A stretch of 64,000 nt of DNA from Selaginella moellendorffii (GCF_000143415.4 NW_003314345.1:762574-826573); one strand, 5' to 3'. Counted from the stretch's first letter, positions 1-12,143 are shown. A program made the numbers and translations. Notes: generated from the letters alone by a model not told the origin.

Positions 1-1275
1 GCGAAGGAGAAGCTCTCCGCAAGCCGCGAGCTCCTGGCGCGGCAGATCCACGCTCGCGCTGCGCAGCGCGGTCTCCTTCCTGGCGACGTGATCGTCGGCA
101 GTGCGCTCGTCAACATGTATGGCAAGTGGGGGATGATCCGCGACGCGCAAGCGCTCTTCGACTTGATGGAGCGGAGGAACTGCTTCACCTGGTCGGGGAT
201 GATCGCGGCCTACGCGCAGATCGGCCAGCCCCGGCGCGCGCTGGAGCTCTTTCGATCCATGGACGTGAGACCCAACAACGTGACGCTCATCAGCGTGCTA
301 GACGCATGCACGCAGCTGGGCGACGCTGCCACTGCCAGGATCGTCCGCGAGCTCTTCGATCGATCACGAGAAGAGGGCATCGATCGGGATGGTACCGGCG
401 CCATCACTCTCGGCAACGCGCTCATCAACTTCTACGCCAAGGTTGGCGACTGGGAGCTCGCGCGCGAGATCTTCGAGAGGATGCCGCGCAAGAGCGTCGT
501 CACCTGGACGTCGATGCTCTCGGCCTACGCGCGCAATGGCCACTCCGCGCAAGCGCTCGAGCTCTTCCACCGCATGGAAGGATTCGAGCTGCAGTCACAC
601 CCGGTGACGATCATCAGCGCGCTTGACGCCTGCGCGGACGGAGCCGGATCGCTGAAGGAGGGGCGGCGGATCCACCAGCAGCTCCTCCAGAGCGGGATCA
701 AGCCCGACGGCGCGGTCGCCAACGCTGTGATCAGCATGTATGGCAAGAGCGGCAGTGTAAGCGAGGCCTGGGAGGTGTTCGCGGCCATGACTGATCGAAG
801 CGTGGTCTCGTGGACGTCCATCTTGGCTGCGTTTGCCGAGCACCAATCCATCGACGAGGCGTTCGCGATCCAGAGGATGATGTGCCAGGAGGGGATGGAT
901 CCCGACGATGTCACCTTCATAAGCCTGCTCTTCGCTTGCAGCCACGCCGGGAAGCTCGAGCAAGGCCGCGAGGTGTTCTTGGCGATGGTGGCGGACTTTG
1001 ACACGAGGCCGATGGTGGAGCACTACCGGTGCATGGTGGACTTGCTGGCCAGGACGGGGAGGTTGGCGGAGGCGGAGGAGCTGGTGCGGAGGATGCCCGG
1101 CGGCGCTGACCTCGTGTGCTGGTCAACGCTGCTCAACGGGTGTAAGCTCCATGACAACGAGGAGCACGCCAAGAGGGCCGCGGATGGCCTGTCGGTTGCC
1201 ACGCCCGGCAGCTCCGGGGCTTTTGTGCTGCTGGCCCAGAGCCTGTGCGCCAAGGAATCTTCCAAGGCCCGTTGA
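1..1275 (+). CDS. PLS-class pentatricopeptide repeat protein with E-like C-terminus (5' end outside window)
   Basis: Frame open from base 1 (AKEKLSAS...GDVIVGSALVNMYGK). Repeated PPR motifs (NALINFYAK, VVTWTSMLSAYARNG, PDDVTFISLLFACSHAG, HYRCMVDLLARTG). No DYW domain. Confidence 0.93.
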   Translation, partial: AKEKLSASRELLARQIHARAAQRGLLPGDVIVGSALVNMYGKWGMIRDAQALFDLMERRNCFTWSGMIAAYAQIGQPRRALELFRSMDVRPNNVTLISVLDACTQLGDAATARIVRELFDRSREEGIDRDGTGAITLGNALINFYAKVGDWELAREIFERMPRKSVVTWTSMLSAYARNGHSAQALELFHRMEGFELQSHPVTIISALDACADGAGSLKEGRRIHQQLLQSGIKPDGAVANAVISMYGKSGSVSEAWEVFAAMTDRSVVSWTSILAAFAEHQSIDEAFAIQRMMCQEGMDPDDVTFISLLFACSHAGKLEQGREVFLAMVADFDTRPMVEHYRCMVDLLARTGRLAEAEELVRRMPGGADLVCWSTLLNGCKLHDNEEHAKRAADGLSVATPGSSGAFVLLAQSLCAKESSKAR

Positions 1276-1592
1276 CCACATTGGACTTTTGCCTTTGTAT
1301 ATGTCCTGAGTTTAGCTTTTTTAAACAGTCAACTCAATCGAGAGCAGCTGAGATTAGTTTGCTTGTTAAGTGGAGCATGGATTACTTGAACTTCTTTTTT
1401 TCCTTGGCCGTCTTGATCAGGTCAAATTTTGTTTGCAGTTGCTTGGCCGCTCCTCGTTGGCTTCCTTCTGTGTGGGCTTCCAGTGTTTCTAAGTTGACTC
1501 ATCAAGCTTGGGTCGCCATTTGAAGTTGCCAATAATTCTAAGCATCGTCATCACAAAGGTTTGAAACTTCATTAAAGAATTGACAACAAATC

Positions 1593-4163
1593 TCATCTCG
1601 CAGACACAGTGTCGGTGTCCAAAAAGAAATTCTTGGAAGTAGCGGTAGAGGAGGAGGAGCCACTGTTGAGGTCGAGGCGAAGCTCCCCTTTGGACGCGAA
1701 GAACAGGCCTTCGACGGGGACTTTGCTGTCCACGGTCGAGGAGCCTTCGAGCATTTGGACAACGCTGCCCATGGACGGCCTCGCGCTCGCATTCTCTTGC
1801 AGGCACAGGAAAGCGATCCTGATAGCTCTCACGACTTCCCCCTCGTCCGCCTGGCTAGAGATCCTGGGATCGACCACGTCCATGTCCCTGCCTTGCTGGA
1901 CCAGCTCCAAGCAAAAGCTTGGTAGATAAAACTTCTCCGTCTCCGAGACCCGCGAGAAGCACTTCCGCCCGCTGATCACCTCCAGCAGCACCACTCCAAA
2001 GCTGTAAACGTCGCTCTTCTCGGTGATGGAAGCCTCGAGCAGCCACTCCGGAGCCAGGTATCCTGGAGTCCCTCGCATCGTCGTCATCACGTAGCTTTGG
2101 TCGCGAGACATGAGCCTGGAGAGTCCAAAGTCCGCGACTTTAGCCACGAAAGACTTGTCCAGGAGTATGTTCTGCGGCTTGATGTCGAGATGGATGATCC
2201 TTTGCATGCATTCTTCGTGAAGGTACGCAAGGCCTCTCGCCATCCCCAGCACGATCTCTATGCGTTGCTTCCAGCCTAGCACCATCAAGTTCTTCTCGGA
2301 GTCCTGGTAAATCCACTTGTCCAGCGATCCATTCGTCATGTGCTCGTAGACGAGGAGCCTGTTTGATCCCTCCGAGCAAAACCCGAGCAGCTTTACCAGG
2401 TTCCAGTGATGGAGACTTCCCAGCACTGCCACCTCTGCGTAGAATTCCTTCTTTCCCTGTCCCGTGCCTTCGAGCTTCTTCACTGCCACCGTTCTACCGT
2501 CTGGAAGAGTTCCCTCGTACACACCACCAAAGCCTCCAGTGCCGAGGAGCTTGCTAAAGTTGCCGGTGATCCGCCCGAGAGCCGAGAGGGAGAAACGCAT
2601 CGGCCTCAAGTTCTCGATCGACTCGAGGAAGTTGTCACTGTCGTAGTCCACGGCTGCTTTAATGCTCGTCCGCCGTCTCCTGATCCAGAGAAACACCAGG
2701 ACGACGAGCAAGAGGGTTCCAAGAACCGAGACGACGATCCCGGCAATGACTCCAGCCGAGAGCTTGGAGCTTGTTGTCCCTGCTATTCTCGTCGCCTTGA
2801 TATAACCAACGTGAGATTGAGTGGAAACTCGCTGGAGGGTGCCCGTATTGTCGACCGTGAAGCACGAGTTGGATTCTTCCCAGAAGAAAAATGCCGAGCA
2901 CGAGCAGTTCCTCAAGCACCTGCCGCGGCACTCGTCGATGGTGACTTGCGAACCATTTACATACTTGCTGGAGAAGTGTTCCACTCCAGGAACTGGAACG
3001 AACTCGAGAGATTCGATGTCGCTGCAAGACTCCACTGCCGGAGCGGAGCAAGTGTCTGTCCAGCCAGCCGTGGTTCCGTCCGAGTTCAAGCACCCGACAC
3101 AAGCGCTGCTCGAGCAAATTCCAAAAGGCTGGCACCGCTGAGGCAGCAAGCACGAGTCATTCCTCGCGAGAAGATTGTAACTATCCGACCATACGAGCAA
3201 ACTCTCCAGAGTATACGCGTGAAGATCCCCGTCAAACTCAAGCCGGATGAACGACTGGTTACGTGGAGTGTTTGCCGATGATCTCGTGAGCAGAAGACCT
3301 CCCGTTGCATTCAAGCCACACAGAGCTTGAGACCTCGTTCCGGACGGAGCCGTGTCGTTGCTAAGCATCATGTTGAGCACTAGATTCAAACCATCTCCAT
3401 TGAGAACCGCCGCTGCGAGCGAGTCACAAGCCTGTCGAGCAGCTGTCAGAGTGTCAACTCCATGGTATCCTCGAATCCAGTAAGGCTCTTGACGAGTCCC
3501 CGAGAAGTTGGAGTAGAGAACCAGACCACCGGGTTCCATAACTAGAGAGTAGAATCCTGGAGAGGGATCGGTCCTGCTCCTCCGGCTCTGGAGCCTCATT
3601 CCCGGTCGAAGGACTTGGCCAGCCATCAAAGTATCTGTGGGACGATCGAAGCTTTGCCACAAGATGGTGTTGTTGCGAAACACCACCAAGTTCCCAGTCT
3701 CTCGCACAACTTCCACCCGGGTAGCTCCCCTGTTTGCTGTTCCAGTCGACCACACCAGCCTCCCGTCGCGATCTCTCAGCACGAGATCACCGTCCGAGGC
3801 GAGAGAGAGCGTGGCGTTGAGTCCGACTGGATCTTCCCGGTTTGCCTCCCAGATGATCCTCTGCGTGGTTGGAAAACCCGAGTCGACGTTCATGAGCACT
3901 GCGAGTGTGTAGCGATCTGGAGTAGAGTTGACAAAGCCAAGGTTGTAGACGCCACTAAAGAAACCTGTCATTCTCGTGGTAGCGCCATAATCGTCCTGGT
4001 TCTCAGAGTTTTGGGTAGCTCGAGCCGGATCATTGAAGAAAATATAGCCAGTGCCAGTGGGCACATCGAAGGCCAGGGACGGCACTGCTACAAATGCTAA
4101 CAGCACCAATGGCGCTGCAAGGAACAGGAGAGTGGTACCTTGTTTGCTGCGCGCCGAATCCAT
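1593..4163 (-). CDS. G-type lectin S-domain receptor-like Ser/Thr kinase (SD2-like), 856 aa, intronless CDS
   Basis: Signal peptide, B-lectin (IIWEANREDPV, WQSFDRPTDT), EGF-like, PAN (CRGRCLRNCSC), TM helix, kinase motifs (GTGGFGGVY, VAVKKL, HLDIKPQN, DFG, GTPGYLAPEW). Confidence 0.96.
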   Translation of the reverse strand: MDSARSKQGTTLLFLAAPLVLLAFVAVPSLAFDVPTGTGYIFFNDPARATQNSENQDDYGATTRMTGFFSGVYNLGFVNSTPDRYTLAVLMNVDSGFPTTQRIIWEANREDPVGLNATLSLASDGDLVLRDRDGRLVWSTGTANRGATRVEVVRETGNLVVFRNNTILWQSFDRPTDTLMAGQVLRPGMRLQSRRSRTDPSPGFYSLVMEPGGLVLYSNFSGTRQEPYWIRGYHGVDTLTAARQACDSLAAAVLNGDGLNLVLNMMLSNDTAPSGTRSQALCGLNATGGLLLTRSSANTPRNQSFIRLEFDGDLHAYTLESLLVWSDSYNLLARNDSCLLPQRCQPFGICSSSACVGCLNSDGTTAGWTDTCSAPAVESCSDIESLEFVPVPGVEHFSSKYVNGSQVTIDECRGRCLRNCSCSAFFFWEESNSCFTVDNTGTLQRVSTQSHVGYIKATRIAGTTSSKLSAGVIAGIVVSVLGTLLLVVLVFLWIRRRRTSIKAAVDYDSDNFLESIENLRPMRFSLSALGRITGNFSKLLGTGGFGGVYEGTLPDGRTVAVKKLEGTGQGKKEFYAEVAVLGSLHHWNLVKLLGFCSEGSNRLLVYEHMTNGSLDKWIYQDSEKNLMVLGWKQRIEIVLGMARGLAYLHEECMQRIIHLDIKPQNILLDKSFVAKVADFGLSRLMSRDQSYVMTTMRGTPGYLAPEWLLEASITEKSDVYSFGVVLLEVISGRKCFSRVSETEKFYLPSFCLELVQQGRDMDVVDPRISSQADEGEVVRAIRIAFLCLQENASARPSMGSVVQMLEGSSTVDSKVPVEGLFFASKGELRLDLNSGSSSSTATSKNFFLDTDTVSAR

Positions 4164-4831
4164 ACTATCATCAGAACCAATCGATGTGCTCTTCCTCCTC
4201 TTCTCCGCCTTGAAAATGGATGAGCGCGCTGGCTAGATTGACTGCGTGAAATGGATCAACGCGCCTTTGACCCTGCACTGTATATGAAAAAGTAGTCGGC
4301 AGTCGTACAATACGTATAAAACAATATTGGGCTTGGCATTACCTTCGCATTATCCCCCTCTTTGCGAGCCAACGAAGATCTGAGAACGTACACTGACAAT
4401 CTGGAAAACCAACAAACGAAAATACAAAGATTGGAGAAAACTTGGCCTGAAACATATACATGAAACCTTACACTCACCTGTAGTTACAGTGAACCTCGAA
4501 TCGGTCGTAATTCTCATGACCGAGATCTAGGAGGGCCTTCTCCAGAAGCACGATCGTCACGAGGATTGATTCATCGGTCTTGAAGTAACTGCCGGACTCT
4601 GAAAAGAGAAGCAAGTTTTAAGAACCGAACAAGCGAAGGCGAACAGGAAAAGTAAAGACGTGCCTGAAAGCTTTACCTGAGTCCTTGTCGGTTAGAAAAA
4701 AGTAAGGAAAAGAAAAAGAGAAAAGCTCACACCTATGAGCTTTTCTCATAGCTCATCTATGTGGTGCTCTTTTTTCACTCCGAATAGATAGCGATTGATC
4801 AGAAGTTTCATAGTGCAGGCTTTGTGATCCT

Positions 4832-4971
4832 TGTGGTATTATGAAACGGTGTTGTGTTATTATTATGACGGTTGATACATGGTTAAATGTATGGGTTTAT
4901 CGTGACGATCCGTGGCGGCGTCTGGATCGCTCACGTGGCTGTGTGCTGACGTGGTCTTGTTCACTCCCACA
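4832..4971 (-). repeat. Copia 3' LTR (140 bp)
   Basis: Identical by eye to 17013-17152. Adjacent purine tract GAGGAGGAG on the minus strand. Confidence 0.95.
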
Positions 4972-7880
4972 CTCCTCCTCAAGGCCAACGTCTAAAGTCA
5001 GCCCAAGAGCCTTCGTGAAGACTTCATGTTTAACACGAGGAAGTGGTTTTGTTAGCACGTCCGCTAGCATGGAGTTTGTCGGGCAGAACTCCAGCTCGAT
5101 CATTCCTCTCTGGATCTGCTCTCGTATAAAATGGAAGCGCAGCTCAATGTGTTTAGTACGAGAGTGGAACCTGGAGTTCTTGGTCAAAGCTATTGCAGAC
5201 TGGTTGTCACACAATAGCTTGACCACGCCCGTGTTGATTTGTAGATCCTGGAGAAGTCCCTTCAGCCACGCTGCTTCCTTGGTTGCAGCTGCTGCAGCTA
5301 TGTACTCAGCCTCGGTACTCGACATTGCTGTAATAGCCTGTCGTTTGCTGCACCAGCTTGCGACATTTCCATTTAGCAGGAAAACGTAGCCTGTGGTTGA
5401 CTTCCTGTTGTCTGGATCCCCGGCCCAATCAGCATCAGAGTAACCAGCCAGCTTGTTGCCGCTCTCGCCTCTGGAGTACTTTAAAGTTAGCTGGTTAGTC
5501 CCTGCCACGTACCTCATAATACGTTTCAAAGCCTGCCAGTGTGCTGTGGAGGGACGGTCCAGGTACTTCGCCACTGTTCCCACAGCATACGCAAGGTCAG
5601 GCCGAGTGGAGATTACCAGGTAGATCAGGCTGCCGACCATAGAGCGATAGACTGCTCTAGATGCTTTCTCCTCCTCGGGAGATTGATCAAGGTACTCTCC
5701 ACTCTCAGCAGATAATTTCGTGCCTGTTTCCATGGGAGTAGCAACCGGATTAACATGAGCAAGGCCATACCTCTGGAGCACGTCGGAAACATATTTTGCC
5801 TGGCTTAGCTCCAGAGTGCCTCGTTCCCTGTTGCGCGTCACCTGGATACCGAGGCAGAAATGCAACTCACCGAGGTCTTTCATGGCAAATTTAGCGCCAA
5901 GGTACGTTTTAAATTTGTGGATCAAACGTAGCTGATTTGCCACGAGAATAGCATCGTCCACATATAGCGCAAGGAACAAATAGCCCTCAGCGTCAAAATA
6001 TATGTAGAGGTTACAATCAGCAGCACTGCGCACGAAACCAAGGGAAATTAGAAAAGAATCTATTTTCGTGTACCATTGGCGTGGCGACTGCTTGAGTCCG
6101 TAGAGAGCTTTGTTAAGCTTGCAAACGAGGTGTTCTTCTCCAGGCTGGATAAAACCAGGAGGCTGAGCCACATACACCTCTTCATCGATGTCGCCGTTAA
6201 GGAACGCAGTGCAAACGTCAAGTTGATGGAGCTCGAGATCCAATTCTGCAGCTAAGATTAGTAGCATACGAATGGTTGTGAGTTTCACCACCGGGCTGTA
6301 AGTCTCCGAGTAGTCCAGCCCATGAACTTGAGAAAATCCGCGTGCCACAAATCTCGCCTTGTAGCGCTCAATGCTTCCATCAGCGTTGTACTTTTTCTTA
6401 AACAACCACTTGGATGAGACGAGCTTTCTGCGAGCTGGAAGTTCAACCAGCGACCAAGTGTTGTTTTTCTGGAGAGAATCATACTCCTCCTGCATAGCTG
6501 CCTGCCAGTGTTCAGCTTCTGGTCCATGTAGAGCCGCTTGGGGACCGAGAGAGGCAGGTGGAGCCGACAGAGCCCAGAAGTAGGCACGCTTTCCTATAGG
6601 CATCGCCTCCTTGGCTTTAAGAGATGGTTTCACGACACGACCCAAGCGTGTCACCACTGCTGTGCCGGCTGGAGGAGGTGGTAGCTTGGGAATGCTGGGA
6701 GGAGTGGTGGCATCTTGATATAACTCGTCGCCAACGAACAGGTCAGCCACAAGCGTGGAAAGATCTGGCTGTTCATTGGTGCTTGAGGATGCAGCCGCTG
6801 TGGCCTGTGGAGTCGTCAGAGGAGGTGTCGAAGGAAGAGAAGTACCGTGATCAGCTCCTCCTGCCAGACCGCCTCCTTCGGGCGCTCCTTCAGCAACTCC
6901 TCCTGGCTCTGCAGCGGCTGGATTGTCTGGTGCTGGGTGGAGATGTGGAACGTCGTCCAAAATCTCAGAAAGATCCACCAGAGATGGTGGAGAAACAGGA
7001 GGGAGTCTCAGGGTATCTCGATAAAGACGAGCTTCATCAAACACCACATCTCGGCTCACCACCAGTTTCCTGCGCTGGCAGTTATAGAGTCGATAGGCTT
7101 TTACCTGGGTGTGATAACCCATGAAGATGCATTTCTCGCTCTTGGGATCCAGCTTCCGCCGCTGAACATTGGGAATGTGGGCGTAGGCTATGCAACCAAA
7201 CACCCTCAAGTGCCCTAACTTGGGGCGCTTCCCAGTCCATACTTGAAACGGCACCTGTCCTGTGGAACGTGTTGGCAGCCGGTTCCGGAGATACACTGCT
7301 GTGTTGAGTGCCTCTCCCCAAAACACCTTGGGCATGCCAGCGTGCTGGAGAAGGCAGCGTACACAGTCCATAAGTGTCCTGTTCAGGCGCTCGGCGACCC
7401 CATTCTGCTGCGAGGTGTGGGCTGCGGTGTACTCGTGGTGGATGCCAGCCTGAGCAAGAAATGCCAGAAACTCCTTGCTCATATACTCACCGCCGCCATC
7501 TGAACGTAGTGTCCGGATGGTACAGCCAGTGGCATTTTCTGCCCAGCTTTTGTAGACCTGGAAGTGATGGTAGACCTCTCCCTTGTGTGCCATGCGAACA
7601 GCCACCGCATAGCGTGAGTAGTCGTCAATGAACGAAACGAAGTACCGCTTGTGACTGAGAGTTGCTTCTGGCACATGGCACACATCCGTGTGTACCAGCT
7701 GAAGAAATCCTGAGGCGCCATCTTCTGGACTTCTGCATGGAAAGGGTAGTCTTGGCTGCTTCCCCAGTTGGCACGTCTCACATACTCCCAGTTGGCTGGC
7801 ACCGGTGAGGGTAAAATCATCAGCAAGCTTGTGGCTAGCAAGTAGCTGGATGTCGTGAGAATTGGCATGCCCTAGCCGAG
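4897..7880 (-). CDS. Copia pol, 3' part (integrase, reverse transcriptase, RNase H)
   Basis: ARLGH...CETC zinc finger, LVHTDV, SDGGGEY, QQNGVAER, YKARFVARGFSQ, LYVDD, YSDADWAG, SSTEAEY, ADVLTK. ORF runs through the PPT into the LTR. Confidence 0.95.
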
Positions 7881-7885
7881 CGTGC

Positions 7886-9606
7886 TGTGAGACACAAAAT
7901 CCCTAGGCCCCAAAGTGGAGCCGGAAGGGCGCCACATGGTAGTGGCCAAAGCGAGAGCCAAACGAGCGCAACACGTTTGGACCAAAAGCTCCAACTTGAA
8001 AAGTCAAGAGCGGGAGTGGAACTCCCAACGAAGTGCTCGAGGAACGAGCACAAAGCGAGCAAAAGGCAAGGCTCCAAAAAGGGACCCAAAAGGACCAACA
8101 CATGACACGTGGGAGTGTCCGAGATGGAGTCCGAAGTGGAGTCCGAGGTGGACCCGAGATGGACCCGAGTTGGAGTCCGAAGTGGAGTCCGAGATGGAGT
8201 CCGAGGTGGACCCGAGATGGACCCGAGTTGGAGTCCAAAGTGGAGTCCGAGATGGAGTCCGAGGTGGACCCGAGATGGACCCGAGCTGGAGTCCGAAGTG
8301 GAGTCTGAGATGGACCCGAGATGGAGTCCGAGATGGAGTCCGAGATGGAGTCTGAGGTGGACCCGAGATGGACCCGAAATGGAGTCCGAGATGGAGTCTG
8401 AGATGGACCCGAGATGGAGTCCAAGATGGAGTCCGAAGTCAAGACCGAGACCGGGACCGAGACCGAGACCGAGACTGAGATCGGGACCGAGACCGAGACC
8501 GAGGCCGAGGCCGAGACCGAGCCCGAGCCCGAGTCCGAGTCCGAATCCGAGTCCGAGTCCGAGTCCGAGTCCGAGTCCGAGTCCGAGTCCGAGTCCGAGT
8601 CCGGAGCCTGAGAGGGTGAAAGCCCAAAGCGTTCGTCTCCCAGACCCTGGGGGGTTTGGTGAGCTCCAAAAGTATAGTAGGGGAAGGACTGCAGTGGAGC
8701 CAGTTTGGCCAGGAAAGGCCAGTTTGGCCCAGGAAGGCCAGACCCAGTGTTGGGTGATGAGCTGCCCACTGGGAAGTCCAAGACTAGAGTGAACACAGAC
8801 CGACAAGCGGGGTGGCTTGGTGAAGTGTTCAAGAGCCAGCTCTAGTTCCCCCGGGAGATCGACTGGCCGATGCTCCCAGTCCAAGTGTGGGTGGCACTAC
8901 CTACTTGGATACCTGGTGTGGCTCAACGGAACCCGCTCTAAGCCCATGGCTAGAGCACCCAAGGGCAGAAGGCGAGGAGAGTACCCAGGTGGCTCGCGTA
9001 AGGCCACGGTGTTCCGAAATGTTGTCCCAAAGGCCTAGACTGTGGAAAGGAAGAGGAGCAGTCCTTTGGGGTAGTGACCAAGGACACAGTCGTGTGGTGA
9101 GGAAGTCCCAGAGGACTGTGGGACTTAGTGGTCGGGCCTGTGGGTCTCGATCCAGTGGTAGTGTTGGCAAACACGGCCAGGGGCAGAAAGGGACTTAGTG
9201 GGGACTGACAAAGGGATATTGGGGAAGGCTATTCCCCTTGTCGGTGGGCATCCTAAGGATGCTAAGGAGTGGATCTGAGATGACCACTCACGGATGGTTT
9301 GCCTAGTCTTGGGGAGCCAAGACTGTGATGCAAGTGGTATTGGACTACCAGTGTGGCAAAGGTGATTGGGCATGGCCTTAGCGTAACGGGCTGCTATGTC
9401 GGTGGTACCTTTGAGTGTCGGTCATGGGATCGGACACGTGGAGCACTTGGACCAAGTGCAAATGTTGAGTGGCATGGATGCCGTTCTCGGGGCTAGCAAA
9501 TCCCAAGTCCTGGATTGGACTTATGGAGGTTGTGAATGAGACTCCTCCAAGTGGTCGGAGGTGTGGTTAAGTGACTAAAGTAGAATGGAAAATTTAGTCG
9601 CTTACA
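7886..9606 (+). repeat. 5' LTR of nested element
   Basis: Direct repeat at offset 5,783. Six substitutions seen versus the 3' LTR (7964, 8399, 8601, 9401, 9459, 9500). Confidence 0.95.
8112..8605 (+). repeat. Hexamer-based tandem array inside the 5' LTR (GAGTCC/GAGATG/GACCC/GAGACC/GAGCCC)
   Basis: Visible 6-, 11- and 12-bp units. Source of the low-complexity SD/GL/RT ORFs in the track. Confidence 0.9.
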
Positions 9607-9609
9607 ATT

Positions 9610-9621
9610 TGGTATCGGAGC
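9610..9621 (+). promoter_or_regulatory. Primer-binding site (tRNA-iMet type) of nested element
   Basis: TGGTATCGGAGC 3 nt after the LTR end, one mismatch from canonical TGGTATCAGAGC. Confidence 0.9.
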
Positions 9622-11722
9622 TGTTCCTTAGTCCGACTTTTATTGGTGCTCAAGTATATCACCACTAGTGTTGGCATCGGAAGGTCCGAGGAGTGGGCCT
9701 ATCCTTGAGGAGTAGCAAGTCTGGAAGACATGGCTCTCCATTACAGTTCATGTGTGAACTTGTAGACGAGGTGGTGGATAGAAAAGGGCCAATAATGGAA
9801 CGACTTTGGGATCTTGGGAACAGTGCAAGGTTTTCCTCATTGAGTTGAGGATGTGATCTGGATGAGCATTTGTCTCAGCAAATTGGCTTAGGTTGTTGTG
9901 GTAAACAACTAAAGTTGGGATCACGGGAAAGATAGAGACTCCAAAACAATAAAGGAGTCACAAGATTATCCTCATATAGTTGAGGTTGGTGCTCATGAAT
10001 GTGAGACCAAAGGTAATGACCGTGGAAGGTCAAATACGGAAGAGGACTCAAGTCCTTGAAATGGTAGCCGGGGCTACCTCTAATAAATGCTGGAACAACC
10101 CAAGGAGTTGGGGGTGTATTAAGTGGATGAGTTGGTATTCTCATCACATGGACAAGTAGTCCTAAGGGGCAAAGGTTGCCCCCAGAGAACAAAATCAAGT
10201 GTCGGAGTAACACTTTTGAAAATAGTCCTTTTGAGTAGGACAGGAATGCAATAAGTGTATTCCAGTGAGCTAGTGCCTCACAAGTAGGACCTTACGAGTC
10301 TGTGGATTGACCAAGTCCAAAACTGCTGGATGACTCAAGTAGAGTCAACGGATGGTCCTAAAAAGGACTGAATGAAGCATTTGGACTGAGGTGCGTTGTA
10401 CCCCACAAAGGATGGGGGGGGATCATAGGATCCAAGGATGAGAACAGAGAGTATCTCATCGATGGCAAAATGTGCCATGCTAAAGTTATAGGAAAGGTGT
10501 TCCCAGAAGAAAACAACTTTGACATGAAGTTGTGTGTGACCTCTATGGGGCAGTGCTAACAGATGGTTGGCATGAAAAAGAGCGGTGTTGGTCTTGGCAA
10601 AGACTTAGACACGAATGGAAATGTCATAGAGGTAGGCTCGTGGAGCCGATAGTGTGGAGACACCAAATGTGCCAAGGTGTGATACCTTGAGGCTATGTTG
10701 GTGGGTTCATGAGAACCCCTTGCCAAAGGAATCCCAATGGAAATGGGAATGGCATAGCCTAAGCTGCAGAGCATGCAGTTGGAGTGTGGTGACCCAGATA
10801 GTGATGGAGGTGTGAAAGCACCAAGTAATGAGTTGTAGGACTTGACAACTATGAGGCAACTAAGCAAGAGGTGCAAAATAACTGGTTAAATGGGTAGAAG
10901 GTAGCTACCCAAGACTTCTAGTATAGGGAAGTCGGATATACCCTTACGGGGGATAAGTTGCTTATGTTGCGATATAGTAAGTCAATGTCATAAAAGGAAA
11001 TACTCATTGTCAAGAAAGCCATCATTGGGACACCCGAACACTCTAGAACACCAGAAGGTGGTGTTTGATGTCGCGAGGGCAATGGATAAAGCCCAAGGGA
11101 CTAAGTCCCTAGCGAATGATGGATAGAAGGTGCTATCCAAATGTCCAAGGTTGCGGAGACAGGAGAGGACTGTCTACCCAAGTTGGACAAAGCCAAAAAT
11201 GGAATTTTGGCAAGGCTAGTGATGGGCATGTAAAGGCCCATAAGCAACAATGTAACCCCAGTGTGTGGGATTATAAGCTGAGCATACCCGGATTGAGGAA
11301 CCACTCCCTGGGCTATTGGGTAGGTTCATCCCTAAGAATACTTGCTAAGGCATGATAGAAAGTGCAAAGCTATCCTCCTGGTCTGGAGGAGAATGACCGA
11401 AGGAAAGGTGTGAAGCCAAAGGCAAGTAGTGTTGGGATGGAACTAAACCATAGAAATCAAAGGGCATATCCAACAGTGGTTATGAAAGTTGGGAGTGGAG
11501 AATCAAGAGGGTGCTCAAGGATGTTGTTGCTAGCAACCGTGATGCCATGGAGAGTCTAAAATATGGAATTGTCCATGTTAGACTATATGGCAACTATAAA
11601 GCTTGCGAAAGGGGAGGCCTTAGCAAGCTGAGGGACAGAGTTCCTTCAAGGTTCCCAAAGACGATTCTAGGTAGCGTAGTACCTAAAAAGGCCAAGTGTA
11701 AATGGTTCATGGAACGTGCGAA

Positions 11723-11749
11723 ATCAGAGTGGCGCAGCAGGAGCGTGGT
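11723..11749 (+). other. Fragment matching the 5' 27 nt of plant initiator tRNA-Met (contains Pol III A box); not a full tRNA
   Basis: ATCAGAGTGGCGCAGCAGGAGCGTGGT versus recalled plant tRNA-iMet ATCAGAGTGGCGCAGCGGAAGCGTGGT: 25/27, first 16 exact. Confidence 0.75.
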
Positions 11750-12143
11750 CTTGAAGCTTGCCATGAGGCAAGGTTATCAAGGTTAGGGAAGTAGTTCCCG
11801 AGTGTTCAAAGAGAGGGCTTTGAACGAAAGTCGATGGTCAAGGACTTTCACGCTTATGCAGGAACCATGTTACAATGGTCGGAGGACTTGCCAAGTGAGA
11901 TTGGCACGTCGGGGGAACAAAGACCCTAGTTGAAGGTGATATCTTCAAAAAGGGTGGGCCAGGGGGCCGAGCATGGAGGAGTCCATACATGATCACAGAC
12001 ATGTCAAGTGAGAGGACTTGGCAGTGTGGAGGAACTAGGTTCCTAAGCTGTGATCTGTAGCGCGCTTTAAAAATAGGTTGGTGCACCGGCGTGGGGAGTC
12101 ACGCCAGGCATCTAGCGTGATGCCGTCCGTAGATGCATATACG

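Noticed and set aside
126-4100. Numerous overlapping and antisense ORFs over the PPR and kinase (likewise 42609-43881, 23295-24296, 47309-48019)
   Set aside because: Shadow ORFs of GC-rich coding sequence.
8112-8605. Possible CRISPR-like array
   Set aside because: No unique spacers and no cas genes. It is a eukaryotic LTR tandem repeat.
7835-8884. Long SD-, GL-, RP- and RT-repeat ORFs (also 13606-14667) resembling adhesins or SR proteins
   Set aside because: They arise from the stop-free hexamer array in the LTRs and are open in most frames on both strands.
11723-11800. Complete tRNA-iMet gene
   Set aside because: Similarity ends after 27 nt. No CAT anticodon arm, T arm or 3' acceptor strand follows.
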